Part shown: one piece after another, positions 28,808-37,102 of the stretch | Position numbering within the stretch: position 1 is the stretch's first letter | Layout: each line of letters begins with the position of its first letter | Sequence record: OP120783.1 | Direction: 5' to 3' (one strand) | Source: Cronobacter phage SG01 | Length of the DNA stretch: 47,685 nucleotides | Position numbers and translations under genes: made by a program | Notes under the pieces: model-generated | Database searches by the model: none | Told to the model about the DNA's origin: nothing | Seen by the model: the letters and a program-made list of their open reading frames with translations, nothing else

Positions 28808-29049
28808 TGCGAGTAGCTGAATTAACCGATAAGGGCGAATGGCTTTTATTCCGTGGTCTCGTTTGCGAGATGATAACCAAAGACGCTTATGCGTCAGCGG
28901 TAATTCCTGATCCGTGGGATTTCTCCGGCGCGCTTGATATGAGCTTTGAGGATATCAGAAAGTACGATCTCAAAGAATGGCCGATTTACATCGCCAGGGA
29001 GCTTGAAAGCTTCGTCGAGTGCGACAAGGAAATGTGCAAAAAGCACTAA
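28807..29049 (+). CDS. Hypothetical protein
   Basis: Overlapping TAATG start, plausible coding. Confidence 0.6.
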   Translation: MRVAELTDKGEWLLFRGLVCEMITKDAYASAVIPDPWDFSGALDMSFEDIRKYDLKEWPIYIARELESFVECDKEMCKKH

Positions 29050-29083
29050 ATGCTAAACAATGCCCGCGTAATGCGGGTATTAT
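29041..29083 (+). promoter_or_regulatory. Repeat-family promoter C
   Basis: AAGCACTAAATGCTAAACA N18 TATTAT; spacer hairpin CCCGC-GTAAT-GCGGG. Confidence 0.65.
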
Positions 29084-29112
29084 TGTTTCATCAACCAAAT
29101 GAGGGCTTCATC

Positions 29113-29349
29113 ATGAACTACGCAAAAACTATCAAAATCGTACCGGCAAAAACTCGCGTTTTCTTCCCGCACCTTCTCAACCTTTCGCGTTCCAGCATTG
29201 CCGATTATCTGAAAGATACGAAAGAGTTCTTTCTTGATGGCGCTATCGGACAGGTCTACTTTAACGCTGCGCATGGCGTAGAGGCTGCCTGGGTTTATGA
29301 GAAGATGGCGAGATCATTTGACCTGAATGGTGAAATTGATGAAGGTTGA
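29113..29349 (+). CDS. Hypothetical protein
   Basis: ORF, start after ACCAAATGAGGG leader. Confidence 0.65.
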   Translation: MNYAKTIKIVPAKTRVFFPHLLNLSRSSIADYLKDTKEFFLDGAIGQVYFNAAHGVEAAWVYEKMARSFDLNGEIDEG

Positions 29350-29581
29350 TTCTGGTCGCCAGGCGGTTTGGGAGCACGCAAAGGAATGCGGGCTTGATGA
29401 TGACATAAAGCGGATCGCGTCATTCTTTGATATCTCTGACGTTAGCATAATCGGCAATGGTCGCATGACATACCTAAATGAGAAGCCGAGGAAGATGATC
29501 CGCGTTCCTGCCGTTCCTGTTAAGATTGACGCGAAGGCCATCGTCAATCAGACGAAGGAGCAAAAGAAAAGGTTAAGGTGA
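29339..29581 (+). CDS. Hypothetical protein
   Basis: Overlapping ATG start. Confidence 0.6.
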   Translation: MKVDSGRQAVWEHAKECGLDDDIKRIASFFDISDVSIIGNGRMTYLNEKPRKMIRVPAVPVKIDAKAIVNQTKEQKKRLR

Positions 29582-29586
29582 ATTGT

Positions 29587-29661
29587 GTGAAAAGTTTTAT
29601 CGGGGTAGTATTGGCCGCGTTAATCCCCTGGTTTTTTGTTTACATTGTGGTAATGCAATAA
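29587..29661 (+). CDS. Possible 24-aa membrane peptide (MKSFIGVVLAALIPWFFVYIVVMQ)
   Basis: Short GTG ORF with a single hydrophobic helix; length too short for statistical support. Confidence 0.3.
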   Translation: MKSFIGVVLAALIPWFFVYIVVMQ

Positions 29662-29670
29662 GGATCTGAA

Positions 29671-30813
29671 ATGAGTCAAAAGAAAATCACCGATGCGCAG
29701 CTTTTAGAGGAACGTCGCAAAGGTTTAACGCTTCGCGAAATCGCCGAAAAATACGGTATGCACGTTCGCACTGTTGAAGCACGCAGCGGAAAATTAAGCC
29801 GTATTGGTCATGGTCATGGCCGCGACTATTCCGGGATGGTTCCGGACGGTTACAAGGTAAAAGGCGTATCAACTCTGATAGGCAAGCATGGTGAGTTTAA
29901 GCAGGCCTGGCTGAAAACCGATCAGGACAAAGAACGCCAAATGGAGTTAATGCGGATGGCCGTAGAAGCCCTTTGCGAAGATGTTAAGCCGGTTGCTCCA
30001 GTTCCTTTCAGACAGTCCGATCTGCAACGAATCCACTCTCAACATCTTCTCAACCTCTACACCGTGTCAGATTATCACCTGGGTATGCTGGCGTGGGGAG
30101 AGGAATCAGGCGACGATTGGGATATGAGCATCGCGCGAGATTTGTTCTACAAATGGTTTGGCGCTGCATTTGAGATCTCTCCAGCAGCCCGCGTCGGCGT
30201 GATTAACTTGCTGGGTGACTTCGCGCACTTTGACGGCCTGGAGGCTGTGACCAATGCAAGCGGTCACGTTCTGGATGCCGACACGCGATATCAGAAGCTT
30301 GTCCGATACATGATCCAGATGGTCAAGTCTGTGGTGGCTATGGCGCTGGAGAAACATGAAGAAGTTCGGCTGTTGATTGTTCAGGGCAACCACGACGAAA
30401 GCGGCATGATTTGGCTTGCAGAGATGTTCAATGCGCTTTATGTTGATGAGCCTCGCGTCATTGTTGACACCGACCCGGACGTGTACAAGATGATCGAGCA
30501 TGGCAAGACGTCGCTTTTCTTCCATCACGGTCACAAGGCAAGATTTGACGCCATTGAGGCGGTAATGATCAGCAAGTACCGCGAAACGTTCGGGAGAACG
30601 CAATACAGCTACGCTCACGTTGGTCATCTGCATCATCAAAAGCTGGTAGAGAGCAGGAACATGGTCATTGAGCAACACCGCACGCTTGCGGCAAAAGATG
30701 CTTATGCTTCTCGCGGTGGGTGGCTGAGCAAGCGCAGCGCAAACGTCATCACTTATAGTGACCAGTACGGAGAAGTTAGCCGGTTAACTATTTCCCCGGA
30801 AATGCTTAAGTGA
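29671..30813 (+). CDS. Metallophosphoesterase with N-terminal HTH-like segment
   Basis: YTVSDYHLGM, LLGDFAHFD, VQGNHDESG, FHHGHKAR, AHVGHLHH metal-binding motifs; N-term LTLREIAEKYGMHVRTVEARSGKL. Confidence 0.85.
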   Translation: MSQKKITDAQLLEERRKGLTLREIAEKYGMHVRTVEARSGKLSRIGHGHGRDYSGMVPDGYKVKGVSTLIGKHGEFKQAWLKTDQDKERQMELMRMAVEALCEDVKPVAPVPFRQSDLQRIHSQHLLNLYTVSDYHLGMLAWGEESGDDWDMSIARDLFYKWFGAAFEISPAARVGVINLLGDFAHFDGLEAVTNASGHVLDADTRYQKLVRYMIQMVKSVVAMALEKHEEVRLLIVQGNHDESGMIWLAEMFNALYVDEPRVIVDTDPDVYKMIEHGKTSLFFHHGHKARFDAIEAVMISKYRETFGRTQYSYAHVGHLHHQKLVESRNMVIEQHRTLAAKDAYASRGGWLSKRSANVITYSDQYGEVSRLTISPEMLK

Positions 30814-30866
30814 AAAATAAACTTTTCTTTAAATAGTTAACCCTTTGGTAACAAAGGCTTATAGAG

Positions 30867-30895
30867 AGCGTCCATATTGGGCGCTCTTTTTTTTG
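30867..30895 (+). terminator. Intrinsic terminator
   Basis: GAGCGTCC...GGGCGCTC + T8. Confidence 0.8.
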
Positions 30896-30968
30896 TTTCA
30901 ATATTGGCCTTTTGTGGTTAGTATTCGCGATACTCCCATTGACAAAATTAAGCTAATAAGGTTTGACC

Positions 30969-31202
30969 ATGAAAGAATTTTTAAATCACGGCGTCATTAA
31001 TCAGAGTGTCGGCGGCTTCGGTGGCGCTTCGATTTTCTCCGCATTAAGTGGTGAGTTAATCGTGGCGATAATCAGTGCCGCTTTTATGATTGCCTTTGCC
31101 GCCTACGGCACTTATCTGCGCCATAAGGATAGCAAGGCGCTTCATGAGGCGCTTGAGCGCGGGGCAATTGAGGAAGCAATTCGGATCAGGAGCAAAAATT
31201 AA
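30969..31202 (+). CDS. Probable holin
   Basis: Small protein with TM segment (SGELIVAIISAAFMIAFAAYGTYL) directly upstream of endolysin. Confidence 0.7.
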   Translation: MKEFLNHGVINQSVGGFGGASIFSALSGELIVAIISAAFMIAFAAYGTYLRHKDSKALHEALERGAIEEAIRIRSKN

Positions 31203-31711
31203 TGAGCATCAGAAAAGTAGCAGTTACTGGCGTTATTGCTGGCGCTATCGCGCTGGCAGCGCCGCTAATCGAAATGGTTGAGGGCACCAAGTACACGCCG
31301 TATTATGACGTCGCTGGTGTTCTCACCGTCTGCAATGGAATTACCGGCCCCGACGTGGTTCCAGGAAAAACTTACTCGCCGAGAGAGTGCCGGGCATTGC
31401 TGAATAAGCACATCGAGAAGGCGGCAAAGGCTGTTGATTCTTCCGTTAAGGTTGAGATCCCGGACAGTATGCGCGCCTCGCTCTACAGCTTCACGTTCAA
31501 CGTTGGCGCGAGCGCTTTCCGCAACTCGACCGCTCTTAAGATGATTAACCAGGGAAAGCTGCGGGAGGGTTGCGACTGGCTTTTAGTCTGGAACAAGATC
31601 ACCAAGACTCAGGTGAAAAACGGCGTCAAGAAGAAGGTGAAAGTTGTTAGCAATGGCCTCAACAATCGCCGCAAAGAAGAACACAAAATGTGCGTTAAGG
31701 ATCTGAAATGA
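31202..31711 (+). CDS. SAR endolysin (glycoside hydrolase 24 type)
   Basis: N-terminal weak TM; catalytic E-8-D/C-5-T region EMVEGTKYTPYYDVAGVLTVCNGIT. Confidence 0.9.
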   Translation: MSIRKVAVTGVIAGAIALAAPLIEMVEGTKYTPYYDVAGVLTVCNGITGPDVVPGKTYSPRECRALLNKHIEKAAKAVDSSVKVEIPDSMRASLYSFTFNVGASAFRNSTALKMINQGKLREGCDWLLVWNKITKTQVKNGVKKKVKVVSNGLNNRRKEEHKMCVKDLK

Positions 31712-32118
31712 TTAAATTCAGAAAGAAAATCCTGGCGGTTCTTATACTGGCCGCCCTGGTTTCTGGATGTTCTGCAACGTCTGCGCTGACCGGTTTAATC
31801 GGGAGTAAGCCGGATATCACGGCGCAGGCCGGGCAAGAGAACGTTAAGCAAACGGTAGGCGTGACCGCCAAGAGCGACTCAAGCACCCAGCAGGACACCA
31901 GCATAAAAGGCTCATCAGTCGGCGCGGTAGACACGTCGAGTCGTAAGAAGGTTAGCGCCAGCAGTATCCAGGCACAGACAATCACCGCAGACAAGATTGA
32001 GATCCTGAACTCGGATTCAGGATGGATAACGGCGGCGGTGGCGGTGGCGGCGATATTCTCGGTCATATTTATCCCGCTTCTCTTTGGCTGGCTGGCGAAA
32101 AGAAAAAAGGCCCAATAA
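31708..32118 (+). CDS. Unimolecular spanin (u-spanin)
   Basis: Lipobox LVSGC plus C-terminal TM (WITAAVAVAAIFSVIFIPLLFGWLAKRKKAQ), downstream of endolysin, like T1 gp11 architecture. Confidence 0.8.
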   Translation: MIKFRKKILAVLILAALVSGCSATSALTGLIGSKPDITAQAGQENVKQTVGVTAKSDSSTQQDTSIKGSSVGAVDTSSRKKVSASSIQAQTITADKIEILNSDSGWITAAVAVAAIFSVIFIPLLFGWLAKRKKAQ

Positions 32119-32128
32119 CGGGCCTTTT
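32104..32128. terminator. Bidirectional terminator between convergent blocks
   Basis: AAAAGGCCC-AATAAC-GGGCCTTTT. Confidence 0.8.
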
Positions 32129-32129
32129 C

Positions 32130-32330
32130 TTATTCCATCAACTTGACATGCACAAGCAACACTCCATCTTCATCATGCAAGTTGTGCTCGCTATCGCCGA
32201 AAGCCTTCATATCCGCCCTGAGCAACACCAGCAGGGCATAAATAAACTGGTCATGCGAGATTGAATTTACGGCGCAATGCTTCATAACTTCGTCTATTAG
32301 CGCTTGCGACGCCGAATAGCTCATCATCAC
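32130..32330 (-). CDS. Hypothetical protein (start uncertain)
   Basis: ORF in operon; 80-nt overlap with upstream ORF suggests a later start. Confidence 0.45.
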   Translation of the reverse strand: MMMSYSASQALIDEVMKHCAVNSISHDQFIYALLVLLRADMKAFGDSEHNLHDEDGVLLVHVKLME

Positions 32331-32640
32331 TCATATCCCCTATGTTCATCATCTCCCTGATATATTCGTTCTTCATCCCCTCAAGGCTGTAAAGCTCAAA
32401 ACAGAATGGCCGACGCGATGGCCTGGCGATTGCATATCTATCTTTGATATCCAGATATCCGGCAGTTGCCATCCTGCCGAAAAACTCACGCGAAACCATA
32501 GAGGCGAAAGTGCGACGGTCGGTATTGGCAGCGCGCGAAAGTCGATCACACTCCCTGTGATCAAAGACGAATTTGGCGAGTTGTTGGCGGTTGAATCTGT
32601 TCCATGACTCACACCAGCGATACAGATCGAGAAGAAACAT
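32251..32640 (-). CDS. Hypothetical protein
   Basis: ORF in operon; 4 nt from the DUF3987 gene. Confidence 0.6.
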   Translation of the reverse strand: MFLLDLYRWCESWNRFNRQQLAKFVFDHRECDRLSRAANTDRRTFASMVSREFFGRMATAGYLDIKDRYAIARPSRRPFCFELYSLEGMKNEYIREMMNIGDMSDDELFGVASANRRSYEALRRKFNLA

Positions 32641-32644
32641 TTCG

Positions 32645-34228
32645 TTAACCTATCAGCATCGGATTAATGAATATCGTCGTGTTGATAACGCAAATATAGT
32701 TACGCTCCTCAAGCATCGGCAGAAGGTCATTCTCAAGCCTGCGCATGACGCCAGCCTGCCCGGTAAACGGCTTAACCTTCCTCGCGGCCTCATACAGCGC
32801 CCGTACACTGAGCATCCCCTTATTGGCCTTGCCGTGGCGGCTGATGATGTCAATCAGTTTGCTCATCTCGGCATCGTCACCAGCATGGCCGGAAGCGTTG
32901 GCCGCGCTGATGTAGGTCTTGCTTAACTCGTTAAACATCACCAGCGCTTCCTGCATCGTCTCGACGTCGATTTCACGAGACTTTTGCGGGTTGCCTTTCG
33001 GGTTAAACCAATTGCGGATCACATGCACAACCGCTGCCAGTCGAATGACCTGCTTATCCATCTTACCGAGCGCGCCGCGCAACATCGTGTGAGAATATTT
33101 CCCACCATCTGCCAGGTGTGGTTCCATCTCCTGACGCGCAAGGTTTAGGCATCGCATGGCAGATTTGCTGACAGTAAGCTTCACGTTTTGCTCTGCCATG
33201 ATGTTGTGAACGAGCGTGAAATATTGAGCCTTTAACTCATTATCAACCGGGCAATACGTTGACTCGCCGCTCTCATCCACAAAGCTACGGCGGCCAAGAT
33301 AGCTTTCTTCACGCACCAGCAAGAAACGTTCCGATACACCGATACCGCGTGACCCGGCTTCCATGATCCCGTTGATAGTTTCATCCTGGGCGATTACCGC
33401 CATCGCGCCGAGCGCCTGGAATGACATGTTGTTGTCCGCATTGGCGCGGGCAATGGAGACATATCCGGCATCCCACGCCTTGAGCACCAGTTCGCTGTTT
33501 GTTTTGCGCTCACTATTGGCATAGGTCAGACCGAGAAGGCTGTTGATACTGGTCGCCTCATCGGAAATAACAGCAAAGTTACCCTGGCGATTGTTGATTT
33601 TCGCCAGACCTTCCGGCGTCGTGTCTGATACCGGAAAAACGATATCCCCCATCTTTTGAAGCTTTTCCTCAAGTTCCTCTTTTTGCTCAAAGAGCGCGGC
33701 CATCTCAGTAGATGACTTCTCAAGCTTCATCTCTTTATTCAGCGCTGAAAGCTTAGCCAGCACCGTTTTGCGTTGCTTCTTGCGTGCCTCATTGATGCGC
33801 TCAACCTCTGCAATCATCGGCGCAATCGCCAGTGAGTTGATGGCCGATTTACCCGTTGATGGTGGCTGACTGGTTACAACGTAAAGCGCAGTTGGCTGGT
33901 CGGTGCCGTGATACTCGACGGTGAACTTGCCGAGCATGGCGGCGGATATGCAGCCGAGGAAGTGAGCATAAGCCGACGACTCCGGGAATTGCACTGATTT
34001 AGCCATGTTGCGCGCCAGCTTCCCTACAACGTCAATATCATTTCCGAGAGAGATGACAGGGTATTTGTCAGATCCAGTGTTGATATCCTCAACGTTGTTC
34101 CAGAAACTTGACGACTGGCGATAGCCGTTCGCCATGATTGAAACGCGCACCGGAGAGACGCCCTGCGATTCAGCGGCGGCGATAATTTGCTGAGGGGTTA
34201 ATTTGTTGGTGTTGAAATCATCAAACAT
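32645..34228 (-). CDS. DUF3987 (YfjI-family) protein, replication-associated
   Basis: YVVTSQPPSTGKSAINSLAI..., GNFAVISDEATSINSLLG, GIGVSERFLLVREESYLGRR. Confidence 0.85.
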   Translation of the reverse strand: MFDDFNTNKLTPQQIIAAAESQGVSPVRVSIMANGYRQSSSFWNNVEDINTGSDKYPVISLGNDIDVVGKLARNMAKSVQFPESSAYAHFLGCISAAMLGKFTVEYHGTDQPTALYVVTSQPPSTGKSAINSLAIAPMIAEVERINEARKKQRKTVLAKLSALNKEMKLEKSSTEMAALFEQKEELEEKLQKMGDIVFPVSDTTPEGLAKINNRQGNFAVISDEATSINSLLGLTYANSERKTNSELVLKAWDAGYVSIARANADNNMSFQALGAMAVIAQDETINGIMEAGSRGIGVSERFLLVREESYLGRRSFVDESGESTYCPVDNELKAQYFTLVHNIMAEQNVKLTVSKSAMRCLNLARQEMEPHLADGGKYSHTMLRGALGKMDKQVIRLAAVVHVIRNWFNPKGNPQKSREIDVETMQEALVMFNELSKTYISAANASGHAGDDAEMSKLIDIISRHGKANKGMLSVRALYEAARKVKPFTGQAGVMRRLENDLLPMLEERNYICVINTTIFINPMLIG

Positions 34229-34254
34229 TTAATGCGATCTCCTTTGTTGCCCGC

Positions 34255-34297
34255 ATTGTAGATCCGATATCTTAATTTTTTTTAGCCTTTCGTGCTA
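34255..34297 (-). promoter_or_regulatory. Repeat-family promoter K
   Basis: Reverse strand TAGCACGAAAGGCTAAAAA N18 TACAAT; perfect inverted repeat ATCCGATA/TATCGGAT at 34262-34269/34296-34303. Confidence 0.65.
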
Positions 34298-34347
34298 TCG
34301 GATTCGGCAGTCGGGAAAAATAAAAAGGCGGCATGGCCGCCAGTTCA

Positions 34348-34761
34348 TCAAAAATATTTGGCCTCGAAATAGTACGTGTCGGCGCAGGAGAAACCTAATT
34401 CATCACGATAAAGGTTCCACGGGTATCCATCATTGTCGAAAACAATGCCTCCGACCGCTCCAAGAGCGCGCCCCTTCTCGATCCGGTAGCGCTTGCCTTC
34501 GGTAAAAGATTTTTTGCCAGGAATGTGATGCTTCACCTGGACGCACTTGATTGTTCGCGTCTCAATTTCGGTGAATCTCGCAGATGGATATTCATAATCG
34601 AAAATAAGGCCCGAGTCGTTAACGCTGGCAGAAAATTTATCCCTTCCAATGCAGATGGATAGCTTTCCATCACGACCCTCTACGATTCGATACAGGCGGC
34701 CATATTCATATCTTGAATTTTCATTCTCGGATGTGCATTTAGCGTAAAAAGATTTGGACAT
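34348..34761 (-). CDS. Hypothetical protein
   Basis: ORF with SD-like GAGGTGATAAAATG leader. Confidence 0.65.
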   Translation of the reverse strand: MSKSFYAKCTSENENSRYEYGRLYRIVEGRDGKLSICIGRDKFSASVNDSGLIFDYEYPSARFTEIETRTIKCVQVKHHIPGKKSFTEGKRYRIEKGRALGAVGGIVFDNDGYPWNLYRDELGFSCADTYYFEAKYF

Positions 34762-34802
34762 TTTATCACCTCAGATAATGCCCCGTTGCCGGGGCGGATT
34801 GG

Positions 34803-34991
34803 TTATTCCGCAACCTGGCGGATGACGTAGCCGTAGCCCAAGTAACCGTTTCGATCCTGGAAGGACGAAGCGCGCAGGCGTGCGGCAGTCTCTCCTTTGA
34901 CAGTTGCGACAACGTAATCGGTAGAGTCCGGGCCGTTTTCCACCACCTCGAAATCTGGTACATTTTTAGTGGTCAGGTCGTATGTGTTCAT
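34803..34991 (-). CDS. Hypothetical protein (62 aa)
   Basis: ATG at 34991, SD GAGGGTAAGACG region. Confidence 0.6.
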   Translation of the reverse strand: MNTYDLTTKNVPDFEVVENGPDSTDYVVATVKGETAARLRASSFQDRNGYLGYGYVIRQVAE

Positions 34992-35037
34992 CGTCTTACC
35001 CTCATTCATTCGCGGCACCGCGCCGCCTCTGAAAAAA

Positions 35038-35080
35038 ATAATACCCGACCGAGGCCGGGTAGTTTTAACAAAAAATGCTA
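35038..35080 (-). promoter_or_regulatory. Repeat-family promoter L
   Basis: Reverse strand TAGCATTTTTTGTTAAAAC N18 TATTAT; spacer hairpin and T7 run; starts with stop codon of upstream gene. Confidence 0.6.
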
Positions 35081-35776
35081 TCGTGAGTTTGCCAGCGCAA
35101 CGGCGCGAGCGAAGCCGCGAGGTGTAAGCGAGCGGATCAGCTTTGTCTTTGCCGACTTGCCGCCGAGATTTTTCCATCCAGGGTTTTCTTCGCTCGGCAC
35201 CGGAACTGATAGCGGGTGAGGATGCACGTATCCGTTACCTGTCCAGATGCAGGTTTTTTTCTTATAGGCATCGCGCGCCGGGATGATTTCAGGGAAAGCC
35301 GGATGCTCGAACTCATCGGCGCGAATCCAGCCGCCATAGTCACACGGGTTGAAAATGTAGTCAGGCTTTCGCCAGAGCGTTGACAGCCTGCCGACAGGGT
35401 TTTCGATGCAGTACGGCGCACCAAAGTGATCGGCAATGAGCGCGGCAATTTTGCAGGTCTGCGCGGCCTTAATCTGAAATTCCGGGTCAGCCTCTGACTT
35501 CTTGGCCCAATGGCGAGACCCGCTACCCGCCAGGTCGGTGCAGGGAGGGAATGCCATCACGAAGTCAGGATTCCCCCATTTGCCTTTACGGGCAGAAGCC
35601 AGAAATTCCTCATCAATCCAGACGTCAACATACTGGATGTTTTCGTGATGAATACGCACAGACTCATAGCTTCCGTGGTCGGCGCTCTCCGCGTTAAAGC
35701 AGATCACTTGATGGCCGAGGCGTGCTTGCTCATAGGCTGAATAGCCGGAGCCGTCAAAAAGAGAGAATACAAGCAT
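35078..35776 (-). CDS. C5-cytosine-methyltransferase-like protein, divergent/minimal
   Basis: LFDGSG (motif I), AFPPCTDLAGSG (PPC motif IV), CIENPVG (EN(V/P) motif VI); no obvious target recognition domain. Confidence 0.65.
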   Translation of the reverse strand: MLVFSLFDGSGYSAYEQARLGHQVICFNAESADHGSYESVRIHHENIQYVDVWIDEEFLASARKGKWGNPDFVMAFPPCTDLAGSGSRHWAKKSEADPEFQIKAAQTCKIAALIADHFGAPYCIENPVGRLSTLWRKPDYIFNPCDYGGWIRADEFEHPAFPEIIPARDAYKKKTCIWTGNGYVHPHPLSVPVPSEENPGWKNLGGKSAKTKLIRSLTPRGFARAVALANSR

Positions 35777-36009
35777 CAGATCACCTTAAAAATTTTTTCA
35801 GATTCATAAACCGGAAGCCGTTGCGATGGCTTGTCATATCTTTCGCCATGCAGGACGAAAATTTCAATGTGCCCGAGAATGCGCTGGCGTCTTGCTGCGG
35901 CGACATACCAGGGCTTTTTAGAGAGTCCGCCACCTCTGACCGGTACAAAAATCCAGTCGCCGTTTTTGATCTGGTCGGCGCGGATTGGCTTTACCTTTGG
36001 CTTGCTCAT
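35776..36009 (-). CDS. Hypothetical protein (start MSKPKVKPI)
   Basis: SD GAGGTGATT before ATG 36009. Confidence 0.6.
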   Translation of the reverse strand: MSKPKVKPIRADQIKNGDWIFVPVRGGGLSKKPWYVAAARRQRILGHIEIFVLHGERYDKPSQRLPVYESEKIFKVI

Positions 36010-36016
36010 AATCACC

Positions 36017-36271
36017 TCAAAACGGCATACATTCGCAGCACGCATCCCCGCCACGACAACCGCAATCATAACCATCGTCGGCATCAATAACGCCATCGCA
36101 CATCACGAAGTTCGGATCGAACTCGCTTTCTGCTTCCATATCCATAGCGCCGAGAGCTTCATCAAGCGTTACCTCAAGGTATGCTACCTTTAACGCCCAC
36201 TCCTGGTTTAAACCAGCTTCTTCGGCCTGATGCAGACGAAAGAAAAATTCGTCATCATGTTTTTCACACAT
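36017..36271 (-). CDS. Hypothetical Cys-rich acidic protein
   Basis: C-terminus YDCGCRGGDACCECMPF; ATG 36271 overlaps upstream stop. Confidence 0.6.
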   Translation of the reverse strand: MCEKHDDEFFFRLHQAEEAGLNQEWALKVAYLEVTLDEALGAMDMEAESEFDPNFVMCDGVIDADDGYDCGCRGGDACCECMPF

Positions 36272-36390
36272 TATTTGCAACTCCTTAACGTTTCTATTAC
36301 CAGGAAATAAAACACAAACCCTGGCACCAGCAAATACGCAGCAATAGCGATAATGGCTATCGCCGCAGCAATTTTACGCCATGTTTTCAT
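36271..36390 (-). CDS. 39-aa small membrane protein (MKTWRKIAAAIAIIAIAAYLLVPGFVFYFLVIETLRSCK)
   Basis: Not in provided track; ATGA/TAATG overlaps on both sides. Confidence 0.55.
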   Translation of the reverse strand: MKTWRKIAAAIAIIAIAAYLLVPGFVFYFLVIETLRSCK

Positions 36391-36503
36391 CGGAAGAAAT
36401 CCACCGCCAGAAGGGCCAACCACAACAACAGCGCCAGGCGCAGATGAAAAACAAACATCTCATCCATCACGATCCGGTACGTGTATTGCAGGAACTTATT
36501 CAT
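36387..36503 (-). CDS. 38-aa small membrane protein (MNKFLQYTYRIVMDEMFVFHLRLALLLWLALLAVDFFR)
   Basis: SD GAGGTGATT upstream of ATG 36503; ATGA overlap with next ORF. Confidence 0.55.
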   Translation of the reverse strand: MNKFLQYTYRIVMDEMFVFHLRLALLLWLALLAVDFFR

Positions 36504-36557
36504 AATCACCTCAAATTTGAGGGCGGCGCGCAACATCCGCCCTTGTGGGTTTACCGC

Positions 36558-36785
36558 TCAGGAATGCCAGCGCTCGATAAACATATGCAGGCTGTCAATC
36601 ATGCTTTCAACATCTCTTTCCGTCGCACTGGTTAATGCGCTGCCCGGCTCTTTGCCAACAACATAGTTTCCATTGGCGCGGCGGCTGATTACGATCTGGC
36701 GAACGCCATGGTAATTCGCCAGCTTAACGATAATGCGCCCTTTCTTTTTGAGACATCCGATAATGTTAATGGTCTTAACGTGCAT
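36558..36785 (-). CDS. Hypothetical protein (start MHVKTINI)
   Basis: SD AGGGAAAAGGA before ATG 36785. Confidence 0.6.
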   Translation of the reverse strand: MHVKTINIIGCLKKKGRIIVKLANYHGVRQIVISRRANGNYVVGKEPGSALTSATERDVESMIDSLHMFIERWHS

Positions 36786-36816
36786 TCCTTTTCCCTCTAT
36801 TGGTTGGTTTAAGTTC

Positions 36817-36859
36817 ATATTGCCACAAATGCCGGATCACGTTTTAGCTTTTTGTGCGG
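36817..36859 (-). promoter_or_regulatory. Repeat-family element O (weak -10)
   Basis: Reverse strand CCGCACAAAAAGCTAAAAC N18 CAATAT. Confidence 0.4.
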
Positions 36860-36862
36860 CGA

Positions 36863-37102
36863 CTAAATTTTAATCTCCCACGACGCGGCGAAGTCCTGGA
36901 CGTAGTAACACTCTCGCGGATGTTCCTGACCGGAAACAACCTGGCAACCATCGCACATCAGATTGCACGTTGAGCAGCACGACCCGCCAACGTTGTGCAT
37001 CACGATACCCAGGCCGTTGCATCTTCCCCCACCAAACCGGTGAGGGAAATCATAGGCACCGCAACGACAAACCGGCTCCGGCTTCCTTCTACGCCTTGCC
37101 AT
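36863..37102 (-). CDS. Cys-rich putative zinc-binding protein
   Basis: MARRRRKPEPVCRCGAYDF...GGSCCSTCNLMCDGCQVVSG...CYY. Confidence 0.55.
   Translation of the reverse strand: MARRRRKPEPVCRCGAYDFPHRFGGGRCNGLGIVMHNVGGSCCSTCNLMCDGCQVVSGQEHPRECYYVQDFAASWEIKI

Noticed and set aside
29671-29872. Small reverse ORFs opposite metallophosphoesterase
   Set aside because: Antisense shadows of a gene with clear active-site motifs.
34766-34803. CCGCCCCGGCAACGGGGCATTAT as a repeat-family promoter
   Set aside because: Has the hairpin and a CATTAT at the expected distance, but upstream sequence (TTGCGGAATAACCAA) lacks the TAGCAC arm; left out of the counted set.
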